The notes beneath the pieces were generated by a model. It searched no databases. It saw only the letters and a program-made list of their open reading frames with translations, and was not told the origin of the DNA. A DNA stretch of 64,000 bases from a virus. Where the stretch lies: positions 1,498 through 65,497 of the IMG/VR virus record IMGVR_UViG_3300041964_000076; one strand, 5' to 3'. Positions 34,516 through 43,380 of the stretch are shown piece by piece; the first letter of the stretch is position 1, and the number at the start of each line of letters is the position of its first letter. The position numbers and the translations under genes are program-made.

Positions 34516-35136
34516 ATGTCTGACAAAATTCTCTCTGTCCCTTTCATGGTTCAAAACGATAACGATCTTTGGAGTGGTGTTCACGGCAGCGTTCAATGCT
34601 GCCCTACTGCTAACGCCATGCTAGCGGCGACCCTGGACAAGGATATGATACCGTTAGCGAAGAAGAACGGCTTTAGAGAGCCTGAGAGTTACTACAAGAG
34701 TAAGTTTCAACCATTGGGCTATAGTGCCGCAGACAGAGGCAACCACGACGCTCACACCAGAGTTTTAGAGTCAGCCTTCGGCATCAAATCACAATGGCGT
34801 ACTGACATCACTAGTAAAGACATCGTGCGATCGCTTGATGCTGACATCCCTATAGTGGTCGGCTTTGAGTATAAATATTCTGGGCATATATGCATTATTA
34901 CTGGCTACTACAGCAGCGAGGGTGGTGGTTTGTATGTCCATGACCCTTATGGACTCAGGGCAGGGTCGGACAACTATTACCACTACATCAACCCTGGTTA
35001 CGGTGATCAATCAGGCAAGCACGATCGCTACAGTTGGGGCTTGCTGAATCACGTTCTGTTTGAGCGTGGCACACCCAATAGAGGCGGCTGGGGTCGATGG
35101 GTTACGAGCGTAGCAGGGAAGCCCACAGGCTTGTAG
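34516..35136 (+). CDS. C39-like peptidase, probable endolysin
   Basis: QCCPTANAML (Cys), GHICIITGY (His), VHDPYG (Asp) papain-like triad. Confidence 0.78.
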   Translation: MSDKILSVPFMVQNDNDLWSGVHGSVQCCPTANAMLAATLDKDMIPLAKKNGFREPESYYKSKFQPLGYSAADRGNHDAHTRVLESAFGIKSQWRTDITSKDIVRSLDADIPIVVGFEYKYSGHICIITGYYSSEGGGLYVHDPYGLRAGSDNYYHYINPGYGDQSGKHDRYSWGLLNHVLFERGTPNRGGWGRWVTSVAGKPTGL

Positions 35137-35420
35137 AAATGGATCGCAACCCACTACCATCGCCCAAAGAAATCGCACTGAATGAAGTGGCAGGGTTGCC
35201 ACCTGAGTTGCAGGCGCACAGAGAAGCGATCGCCGCGATCGTTGAGAAGGTTGTACGCACAAGAGACTGGCAGACTAACGACATCCTTCAGCAGCATTTA
35301 GGTAATGTCAATTTTGCTGCCATTCAGTTGCGCGAGACGATTGAGAAGATGCTGCGATCGTAGGGGTTCAACCCGCCAGCGAAACCCGATCGCGCCCATC
35401 TTTTTGGTAAAATGGAATAT

Positions 35421-35448
35421 GCCCCCGCGTGCTGGAAACACCGAGGGC
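35421..35448 (+). promoter_or_regulatory. Leader hairpin upstream of the second HNH gene
   Basis: GCCC-CCG-CGTG/CAC-CG-A-GGGC stem just downstream of a TAAAAT -10-like box. Confidence 0.4.
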
Positions 35449-35481
35449 GTGGTCAACCTAACGGATTAAGAGAAGGTCAAC

Positions 35482-36190
35482 ATGACTAGGATATACAGAA
35501 AACCGACTGAATCGATCGGTGAAGTTTTTGGCAGCTAACAGTTTTAGGCATCGCAGGCAGAGATCACGCAGGGTTTGCGATCGCGGCTTGCCTTTGTGAA
35601 TGCGGTAAGAGGCACCAGACAAGGCTTAACAGCTTGAGAACGAATAAAGCTTTATCTTGCGGGTGTCTAGCAAGACGAAATCCATCTGCTAGTGACAAGA
35701 TTGTGACTCCGAATCATGGTTTTTCAGTAAAAGATCATTCGAGTCTGGAATATTTGACTTACATAAGCTGGAAAGCGCTTAGGCACAGATGTCAAAGATA
35801 GGCATTCAAATACAGAAGCATTATGGCTCTAGAGGCATTGAAGTCTGATTCCAGAGTGGAATAGCTTTCCTCATTTTTAGCTGACATGGGATTGCGCCCC
35901 AAGCAAAGCGCATCTGGAATCGATCGTGCTGATGTGAACGGAAATTACGAGCCTAGCAACTGCGACTGGGGCTACAGCGAAAGAGCAGGCGCCAGAACAA
36001 GCGGAACACGCGATGGCTCACCCTTTCAGGCAGAACGCGTTTGTCCTTAGCGCCGTGGGCTGAAGAATAGGTTTTCCAAGAGAAGTTCTTAAAGATAGGC
36101 TGGGTCGATTGGGCTGGAGTGTTGAAAGAGCTTTGACAGAGCCAGTCATGAAACAAAACAGGAAACGCATAACGCCCCCTAGTTTTACTC
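35482..36190 (+). CDS. HNH homing endonuclease (frameshifted, end approximate)
   Basis: CLCECGK...LSCGCL; SFLADMGLRP...IDRADVNGNYEPSNC; GWSVERALTEP. Confidence 0.75.
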
Positions 36191-37985
36191 TGTTGGGGAA
36201 CTACCACTTGGTTCTTGCCCTGCCTTTTTGCCTGCTCATAGCCGCATCAGCAGGCAGCCATCAGTTTCAGCTAGTGTCCTGCCACTCGTTGGATACATTG
36301 CAACCCCGATCGATGCGTCACCTGCCTAAGCATGGAGCCTCCGTAAGCCAGGTTGATTGCTGAGATTGCCTGTCGCAGTGCCTCAGCTTTGGCGATCGCG
36401 CTTGCCTCTGTGCAATCAACCAAAAGCACCACAATTTCATCGCCCCCTTTGCGTACTGGAACGTCCCCGTTACGGCAGTTATCTAGAAGAACACGCCCGA
36501 TATTCTGAAGCACAAAATCGCCAGCGGCATCGGATACTTCCTTGTTATACTGCCCGAAGCCGTCAGCATCAACGAATAAAAGCGCTAGCTGATAGCTATT
36601 GCGATCAGCTTTAGCGACTTCACGCGGGAACGTTTCGGCTAGATAAATATTGTTGAAAAGTCCAGTCAGATGATCACGAACTAGCATTTCCTGAGCTGCT
36701 TTGCGATCGCTCAGTGCGCTCAACGCCTGCCCTAACTGTTGCCCCACAATCTCAGCAATCTCGATTTCGACATTGGTCAAGGGACGATCGCGCCTCAAGT
36801 GCAACACGCCTAGAGTCTGTGTCTCGCGTCCGTAGAGAACAGAGGCACGCATAGATGGGAACCGCTCACAGGTTTGTGTAGATGTTCGCAGACCATTTCA
36901 GTTTCTTGATCCTCGCAGTAATGCACTTTCGCTTCTTTGAGCGATCGGCATTCATTCGGCATGAATCCCGCTTTGCTGCCTGCATCACTGCCCCAACTAA
37001 AGCGCCGCTCTGCGTACGATCGTGAGTTATCAATCAGAAAAGTTCGCCTGCCAGATAGGGGAAGAGTTTGCGACCCGCAACCCGCACAACATCGCCTGCC
37101 TCTTGGTAGGAGTCGCAAAGGTTGAGGCGTACTGATAACTCTGAGATCAAGTTGAGGTTCAAAACCATCAACGAGAGTCGGGTTTCTTTCTCGCGTAACT
37201 TTTCGTTGGCAGCAATCAATTTGCCTTGGGCGATTTGTTGATCGGTCACATCCAGACTAAAACCGCCGATGCATAACTCGTTGGTGTGTGGATCTGTAAA
37301 CCGAAACTTGCGGGTGTAATATTCTCGCGGCTGCCCTGTGGCATCTGGCACTACCTCAATAAATTCTGCCTCGCCGTTTTCCGCCACTAGGCGATCGTTC
37401 TGCAAGATTCTCGCTGCCTGTTCCTCATCTTTGAGAAAGTTGGTGTCATTCAGCCCAATCACTGACGATGCGGGTCGTGCGATCGCACGTTCACACGCCG
37501 GTTGAGCCAGATCATGGTCGAGTCACTAGCCCGCTTGCAGTAGATGGGGTAGGGCGATGAATCAATGAATAGATCACGAATGAGCTGATGCTGCTCAAGC
37601 CCTGCCTGATTCGCCTGAGATGATTGAACGAGCGCGATCGCCTGTGCTGCGAAGGGGGCAACCAGAGTGCTGCTACTAGAGAGACGATCGCGGTTACTGC
37701 CTTAGCTCGCTACAGACAGGCTGTACAGGGGCAAGAAGACGGTAATGACCTCGGCAATGTGCGAGATGCCACAGCAGACGATAAAGGCGCAAAACAGCCC
37801 AATGATTTGATAGAAGCGAAGGGGAACGCCTGCGAGTGAAACAGTTGCCGTGAGTAGTACAGGAGTGAGAGCGGGATAGCGAAGTAGGCGATCGCAATCA
37901 GCACGTCACTGCCGACTAACGACCAAAGTAGATAGGGATTCCAGTTGAAGCAATAACCGTGAGGCACCCAGGAGAAATGATCCAT
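36180..37985 (-). CDS. Diguanylate cyclase-like sensor: ethylene-binding TM domain, PAS, GAF, GGDEF (frames joined)
   Basis: PHGYCFNW...SDVLIAIAYFAIP; FIVCCGISH (37759-37776); KAVTAIVS; PAS/PAC LDVTDQQ; GAF; DHLTGLFN, RNGD I-site, GGDEI. Confidence 0.85.
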
Positions 37986-38723
37986 TAGCAACCAGCCGTG
38001 GCAGCACCGTACAAATGCCCTTGCACTAACAGTTGTAAGTTTGGAAAATGCCTTGCCAGAGCGATCGCCCTCGCTTCAATTGCTCCCGATTCCAGATGCT
38101 CTAGCACAATCGGTATGTCACGCCGATGAGCGATCGCCATTGCCCCAAACACAACGCATTCGCGCCAATGGTCGCGGCCATCAGTCGCACGATCGAGCCG
38201 TCAACTTCAAGAAATCAGGCTCGATCGCCAAGATCGCTGGAATGTTGGCATAACCTACGCCAAAGTCGTCAATGCCGATTGGTAAGCGTAGCTCACGCAG
38301 GGCACTCAAAACCTGCGTCGAAGGTAACATTAGTGCCTCTGTTTCGGTCACTTCACAGTATAAAAGCCGTGGATTGATGCCGCTCTTGTTGAGTTGCTCC
38401 GTCATGAAAGACGGAAACTGCAAGTCATTCAAACTTTGCCCACTCAGGTTGATTGCGTGCGGTATAGACGAGTGCTGCAAACGCTCCAGAGTGCCAACTA
38501 CAGCAGCGCGATCGATCGCCTTTAGCTGCTCAGGAGTTACGTCATTGATGAATCTTGCCGCCGGGATTATCTCGCCAGACGGCTCCCTCAGTCTGACTAA
38601 AACCTCAAACACGTAAGGGATTTCAACCCCAATTTTGAAAATGGGCTGACAGTGAAAGATCAGACTACCAGAGTCGATCGCCTGATCAATGCGCGATCGC
38701 CATTGCATGGATGTGTTCGGCAC
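37985..38723 (-). CDS. Stand-alone EAL c-di-GMP phosphodiesterase (C-terminus across frameshifts)
   Basis: QPI, EVLVR, INLS, EVTE, IDDFGVGY, K-DG, VLEHLE, VQGHLY; its TAA overlaps the DGC ATG. Confidence 0.9.
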
Positions 38724-38829
38724 AGTGACTAGCGTTCAGGATAAGTCCATCTTAGTCCCTGTGATGGAAGGGGCTGATGTTATGGGGCGATCGACTTCCT
38801 TTCTGTCTCACTTTATTTCTGCTGAAACC

Positions 38830-38859
38830 TTGACAAGGTTATAATCCTTTAGCTATAGT
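38830..38859 (+). promoter_or_regulatory. Sigma70-type promoter
   Basis: TTGACA-18 nt-TATAGT. Confidence 0.6.
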
Positions 38860-38886
38860 GGGTTCAACCACCTAGAGGGCAGACAA

Positions 38887-39183
38887 ATGGATTTAGCTAA
38901 ATTTTGCACAGAAGAAAACAAAAGTTTGACCAAGCGTGAAACTGTTTGGCGTGTCCCTTCAGAATACAGCACTGAAATTGAAGCGTACGCACTGTCTCTT
39001 GGAGTTCGCAGATCGGTATCTGGAGAGTTGTTTGTAGCTTCCAGTAAAACAAATCAAAATTTGGGAATTAAAAGCCACGGACGCAACAACGATAAGTATT
39101 TTGTTTTTGCTCCTTACACAAAATCTCAATCAAGTCAGGTGTTACATGCACTTGCTCAAGCTGCAATTGAAGCTAGCAACTAA
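38887..39183 (+). CDS. Hypothetical protein
   Basis: ORF with GAGG RBS after the promoter. Confidence 0.5.
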   Translation: MDLAKFCTEENKSLTKRETVWRVPSEYSTEIEAYALSLGVRRSVSGELFVASSKTNQNLGIKSHGRNNDKYFVFAPYTKSQSSQVLHALAQAAIEASN

Positions 39184-39190
39184 ATAAACA

Positions 39191-39241
39191 AAACCCGCGA
39201 TCGCATTCTCAAGAACCACCTAGAGTCGCGATCGCGGGTTT
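39191..39241 (+). terminator. HIP1-containing hairpin, terminator-like
   Basis: AAACCCGCGATCGC...GCGATCGCGGGTTT. Confidence 0.5.
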
Positions 39242-39245
39242 CTTT

Positions 39246-39455
39246 ATGGAGCATAACACGATGCCTAACACCAGAAAAACCGATCGCGACGAAGTGAAGC
39301 GTAACGCAGGCTTAAGCCTTACTGGGAAGCGAATTGACCAATTAGACAGTGATGCTAAGAAATACGGCTACAAATCGCGTGCGGCATTGCTAGAAGCATT
39401 CTTTGAGCAGCAGTACCCCGCATTCCTCTATCAGTTGATGCTCAACAAGGATTGA
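39246..39455 (+). CDS. Ribbon-helix-helix (CopG-like) regulator
   Basis: LSLT...IDQLDSDAKKYGYKSRAALLE. Confidence 0.6.
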   Translation: MEHNTMPNTRKTDRDEVKRNAGLSLTGKRIDQLDSDAKKYGYKSRAALLEAFFEQQYPAFLYQLMLNKD

Positions 39456-40121
39456 AAGATTGAAGGGGCGATCGCCCTTCTCACAAATCAAACTGTCCAA
39501 ACGTTGCACACTGCCTAGAATAGAAGCAGTGGGGTGTAGCCATTGGCACAATTGTTTGGTGATAACGTCCAAAATGGAAACTCCTAAACCCGAAAAGAAA
39601 GAGCAGTGCTTAGAGGACTCCTTGGCAGACGAAAAGCAGAAAGAGTTGCTTCTGCGTTCGGGACAGTTTTTATTAGTCACTGGAGCGCCGAATATCGCGG
39701 CGAGATCCCTGCCACGCCTGGAGTCGTGCATAACTTATTTGCATGTCCAATCAAACCAGCAGCAGCCAAAATCCTGTTGGCAGAAGGATTTAAGCCTATT
39801 GGAGGCGCATTACCAACCCACACGATTAAGTGCAATACGGCGCTTCTTCGTGACTCGTACAATCCTCGTGGTCTCTTCGATCTCTTTTTTGATCTCTCGG
39901 ACTTTCCGCCGAATGATGGACTTTGGATCACGATCGAAACGTGCAAAAGATTGAAAAGCGACTGTTTACCTGCACTGAAAAAGCGTTGCTGATTCGGTGC
40001 AGATCTGAAAACGAGTTCCGTGGTGCTGTGATAACGAGACGATCGACATTGCTTGGCTGGATGATGGCAGCCGTTGCTTGGCACTGACGATCGCAGAGTA
40101 TCGCAAAAAGGTCGGCATCCA

Positions 40122-40577
40122 ATGAAGCAAACCGCAGGCTTCACCTTGATAGAGCAGTTGTCTGTGATCCTCATCATCACAATTTTGGCAGCGATCGCTC
40201 TACCTGCATTGTTCAATCAAGTCCGTAAAGCGCAGTCAAAACAGGCGGATGCCGACATTTCAGCAATGAAGACAGAAATCATTGAATGGTATCAGAAGAA
40301 CGATCGCTTCCCACATGATGTGCAACCCAATGTCGCTCCAGAAAACAACAGCGTACCCAGTTTTAAGGTGCAACCAGATACGCCTAACGATAGCCCCTAT
40401 GACTACGATCACCACTGCTTGCAAAAGCCAGAGGATGATTTTAAGACACGGTTTGTACGGGTCGTGTGGTTTGGCTGGGACAAGAAGCGGCAACACAACC
40501 ACGAGAACACGACAATTAAAGATGTTGGGGATGATGTTGTGATTACTGTGTCGGAATCTGAACAGTGCCCTCCGTGA
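40122..40577 (+). CDS. Type IV pilin/pseudopilin (class III signal peptide)
   Basis: MKQTAG|FTLIEQLSVILIITILAAIALP: PilD cleavage site, E5, hydrophobic helix; two C-terminal Cys. Confidence 0.9.
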   Translation: MKQTAGFTLIEQLSVILIITILAAIALPALFNQVRKAQSKQADADISAMKTEIIEWYQKNDRFPHDVQPNVAPENNSVPSFKVQPDTPNDSPYDYDHHCLQKPEDDFKTRFVRVVWFGWDKKRQHNHENTTIKDVGDDVVITVSESEQCPP

Positions 40578-41073
40578 TTGAAGGCTAGAATTGAGGAAGT
40601 ACAAGCATTCCATCACAGGGTTCTAGCGTTTACAGCTTAGAAATTGGAGCGACAACCGCCCGAAGACGATGGCATCAAAATTCATTCCAGGGATGCCAGT
40701 GCGTCCTTTGAATCCTTTCAAGATTCCGCCTTGGTTCGGTTGGTATAACGATCAGTGGTGTTTTTACATCTCTACTGAAGCGCAAGCGCCTGACAGAATT
40801 GCTATACGCCCAAGCATCTTTTTCAAAGATCAGATAGTTATTCACTTGCAAGTCTGCCGCTACGCCCAAGGAGTCTTCCAAAACTTCTTTGCTTGTTGGC
40901 AGTGGGAAGAAGACTTTGAACTGGATAACGATTTGGAAGACAATCAGCAAGCCCTCAGTACTAGCAAGTCCTCAGTATCCGCATTTCTACCACCCTCAAA
41001 ACTCAGGTAATCTCTGCCTGTGTACTCTCTACCTCTAAAGACATAGTAGAGGCATCAGCTTGAGGGGCATGGT

Positions 41074-41199
41074 ATGAAAGGATTTTTGAGTCTGGTGTTG
41101 GTCGGAGCGATGATGCTGCAAGCCCGTGCAGGTGCCCCAGGTCGTCGTATTGGGGGTGGCACCAGGATGCAGGAGGTTAGTCATGTTGACCAGTATTGA
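41074..41199 (+). CDS. 41-aa putative secreted peptide
   Basis: MKGFLSLVLVGAMMLQARA signal-like segment followed by GAPGRRIGGGTR; below the ORF-track cutoff. Confidence 0.5.
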   Translation: MKGFLSLVLVGAMMLQARAGAPGRRIGGGTRMQEVSHVDQY

Positions 41200-41361
41200 T
41201 TATGTAGCACTCGACCCAGCATTGAGTCCGATCAGCATCTATTAGTTAGGCATCAACGGGGTAGTAGCAAAGGCGATCGACGATGCAACGCCATACCCGA
41301 CCGCAGTGGAAGTGCGAACCGTGTTAGAGAATGTTTGAGGGGCATGGATTGTGGTTGGAGC

Positions 41362-41934
41362 TTAACGGCGCTTTGGTGGCTTGAAGAAGTCTTTCTTTTT
41401 AATCTTCACCATGCGCCCGTCTGGATGGTGCCACACGATGCCTTCAATCTCTCGATCGTTCAAGTATTCTTTAAGCCCTTCAAAATCTGTAGGTACAGCT
41501 TCTTTGATGATCACGCCGTCATGTGGCACTAGCACATGGCTAACAAACTTTTCAGGGTTGCCTTGCACCTTGGGTCCGCACAGTTCATAAGTACCGTTCT
41601 TGAGCGGTTGACTGAAAGCATCAACACCGCGATCGTATGCCTCTCTAAACCATTGATCCTCTTTTCCATCGCCAACGGGTAGCCATCCTGGATGATGCCC
41701 TGTCACTGGATCAGGTTCTTGAGCAGGTTCAAAACCTTCAGGTGGTGTCTTACCTGCTTTTGCGTCGTACCGCTTATACAGTTTACCGTCTCGCATCATG
41801 CAACAAGTGCCATCAAACTTGCGAGTAGCAACGCCTTCGCCTGCCTGTACCCATTCACTGCCTTCTACGACTTCGTTGCAAACTAGGCGATCGCCGTCAT
41901 AGTTACGCTGAAACAAAGAAATGATTTTTTTCAT
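41362..41934 (-). CDS. RNA ligase, DUF5565/RLIG1-like nucleotidyltransferase
   Basis: ATRKFDGT (motif I KxDG), TYELCGP, IEGIVW, MVKIKKKDF; own RBS AGGAG before ATG 41934. Confidence 0.75.
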   Translation of the reverse strand: MKKIISLFQRNYDGDRLVCNEVVEGSEWVQAGEGVATRKFDGTCCMMRDGKLYKRYDAKAGKTPPEGFEPAQEPDPVTGHHPGWLPVGDGKEDQWFREAYDRGVDAFSQPLKNGTYELCGPKVQGNPEKFVSHVLVPHDGVIIKEAVPTDFEGLKEYLNDREIEGIVWHHPDGRMVKIKKKDFFKPPKRR

Positions 41935-41944
41935 AATTCTCCTA

Positions 41945-42363
41945 CCTTTTAGAAACACGTTTGACCGTCCTGGCTTTGCGTTTGCGTGCCGGACGCTTAG
42001 AGACTTTTTTGCGGGTATCAACGCCGATCGCAGCCTCTTCACAAACCCTGCCTGATTCCGATTTCCTAACTCTGGGTTCTTAGCATTCCATACCCAATTT
42101 TGTGGGGCGTGCGCCTCTTTGTGATGCTTGAGGCAGAGGGGGAAGCAGTCGATTAAGGGGCGTTCACTACCTGCAATGCTTACCCACTTCCCACCGTCCC
42201 AGACACCGTATCTCACATGATGCACTTGTCTAGCCTTGCATCGGCACAACGTACACTTGCCACCCGTCGCCTGAAATGTGGCAGTGCGTATTGAGTGCCA
42301 ATTAGGGGCGTAACGATGGGGGAAGGCTTGTTTGTGCAAGGCGGTGCGATCGCTGCAACTCAT
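41945..42363 (-). CDS. HNH endonuclease (CxxC...HH...CxxxH)
   Basis: KCTLC...QVHHVRY...PLCLKHHKEAH. Confidence 0.75.
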
Positions 42364-42389
42364 TCAACGTTAACGCAAGCCAACTTGGC

Positions 42390-42782
42390 TTATTCATCTT
42401 CCGTTTTGTCTGCTGCCCCAAAAAAGACATAATCGATCGCCTGTTTAATTAAGCGATCGCCCCTCCTTCTTTCTTCCTGAAGCAAATAGTTAAGGTCGCC
42501 ATCTTCGTCAAACGTGGCTGCTAAAATACCAGCTTTTGCTAGCGCAACCTTTAAACCGTAATCCCATCCAGAATTGCCAAAAGGTCGTTTGCCGCTAAAG
42601 CCCTCTCCTTCAGCCCATAACGTAGTCAGCAAGTCGTGCAAGTAGGATCGCACAGTGCCACTGCCATGCTCGTATTCAAGTGGCGCTGCTAACACCGCTT
42701 CAACCTCAGTCATTGATTCTGCTGATACAACAGGTGGGGCTTTGATGTAACGATCGCCATTGATAATAACTTCGAGTGCCAT
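42390..42782 (-). CDS. Phage hypothetical protein
   Basis: FSGKRPFGNSGW motif; RBS present. Confidence 0.5.
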   Translation of the reverse strand: MALEVIINGDRYIKAPPVVSAESMTEVEAVLAAPLEYEHGSGTVRSYLHDLLTTLWAEGEGFSGKRPFGNSGWDYGLKVALAKAGILAATFDEDGDLNYLLQEERRRGDRLIKQAIDYVFFGAADKTEDE

Positions 42783-42966
42783 GATTTTTACCTTGTAGTG
42801 GTTAACCGCGTTTCTTGATGTATTTGTCGATCGCCTCCATCAATACATCCTTTTCACTTTTGGGCTTTGGCTTGGGCTTATCCAGTAGCAGGCAGAGGGC
42901 GATAGTAACAGCGACGATGCTGACTGTAATGGTTCCTGCTGGCACTAGAAAGCAAGTCCACTGGAG

Positions 42967-43380
42967 TTACACAAACAGTAAGCGAAAAGCCATGTTAACC
43001 ACGTTTACCCAGCTTGGTTCTGTGTTTGCGGGTAGCACGCTTGCGGGCTTTCTTACGGGTGCTAGCGAGGCTTGCAACCGCTCCACAAAGGCGGGTTGAT
43101 TGTGATTACCTAACGCTGGATTCTGCTTGTCCCAAACCCAATTCTGTGGTGCATGGGCGAGAGTGTGGCAAGAGTTGCAGAGCGGAAAGACATCAACTAA
43201 GGGGTGCTCCTTGCCAGCAATCGACTGATAGCGCTTACCGTCCCAAAGCCCATAGCGAGCGTGATGTACTTCTTTAGCTCTACCCGCACAAAGGCAGCAG
43301 CAACCGCCCGTTAATTGCAGTGTCTGCTGTCTGATGCTGCGCCAGTTGGCAGCGTAACGGTGGGGGAAAGATTGACTCAT
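42967..43380 (-). CDS. HNH endonuclease, paralogue of 41945-42363
   Basis: CCLC...EVHHARY...PLCNSCHTLAH. Confidence 0.78.
   Translation of the reverse strand: MSQSFPHRYAANWRSIRQQTLQLTGGCCCLCAGRAKEVHHARYGLWDGKRYQSIAGKEHPLVDVFPLCNSCHTLAHAPQNWVWDKQNPALGNHNQPAFVERLQASLAPVRKPASVLPANTEPSWVNVVNMAFRLLFV

Noticed and set aside
39460-40216. Several overlapping ORFs on both strands
   Set aside because: No motifs; only the 39606-39992 frame looks protein-like and no function can be supported.
41362-42363. HNH-RNA ligase fusion protein (333-aa ORF)
   Set aside because: A strong RBS precedes ATG 41934, an alternative frame stops just upstream (KRVSKR*), and the paralogous HNH is stand-alone; an indel artefact is likely, though a real fusion is not excluded.
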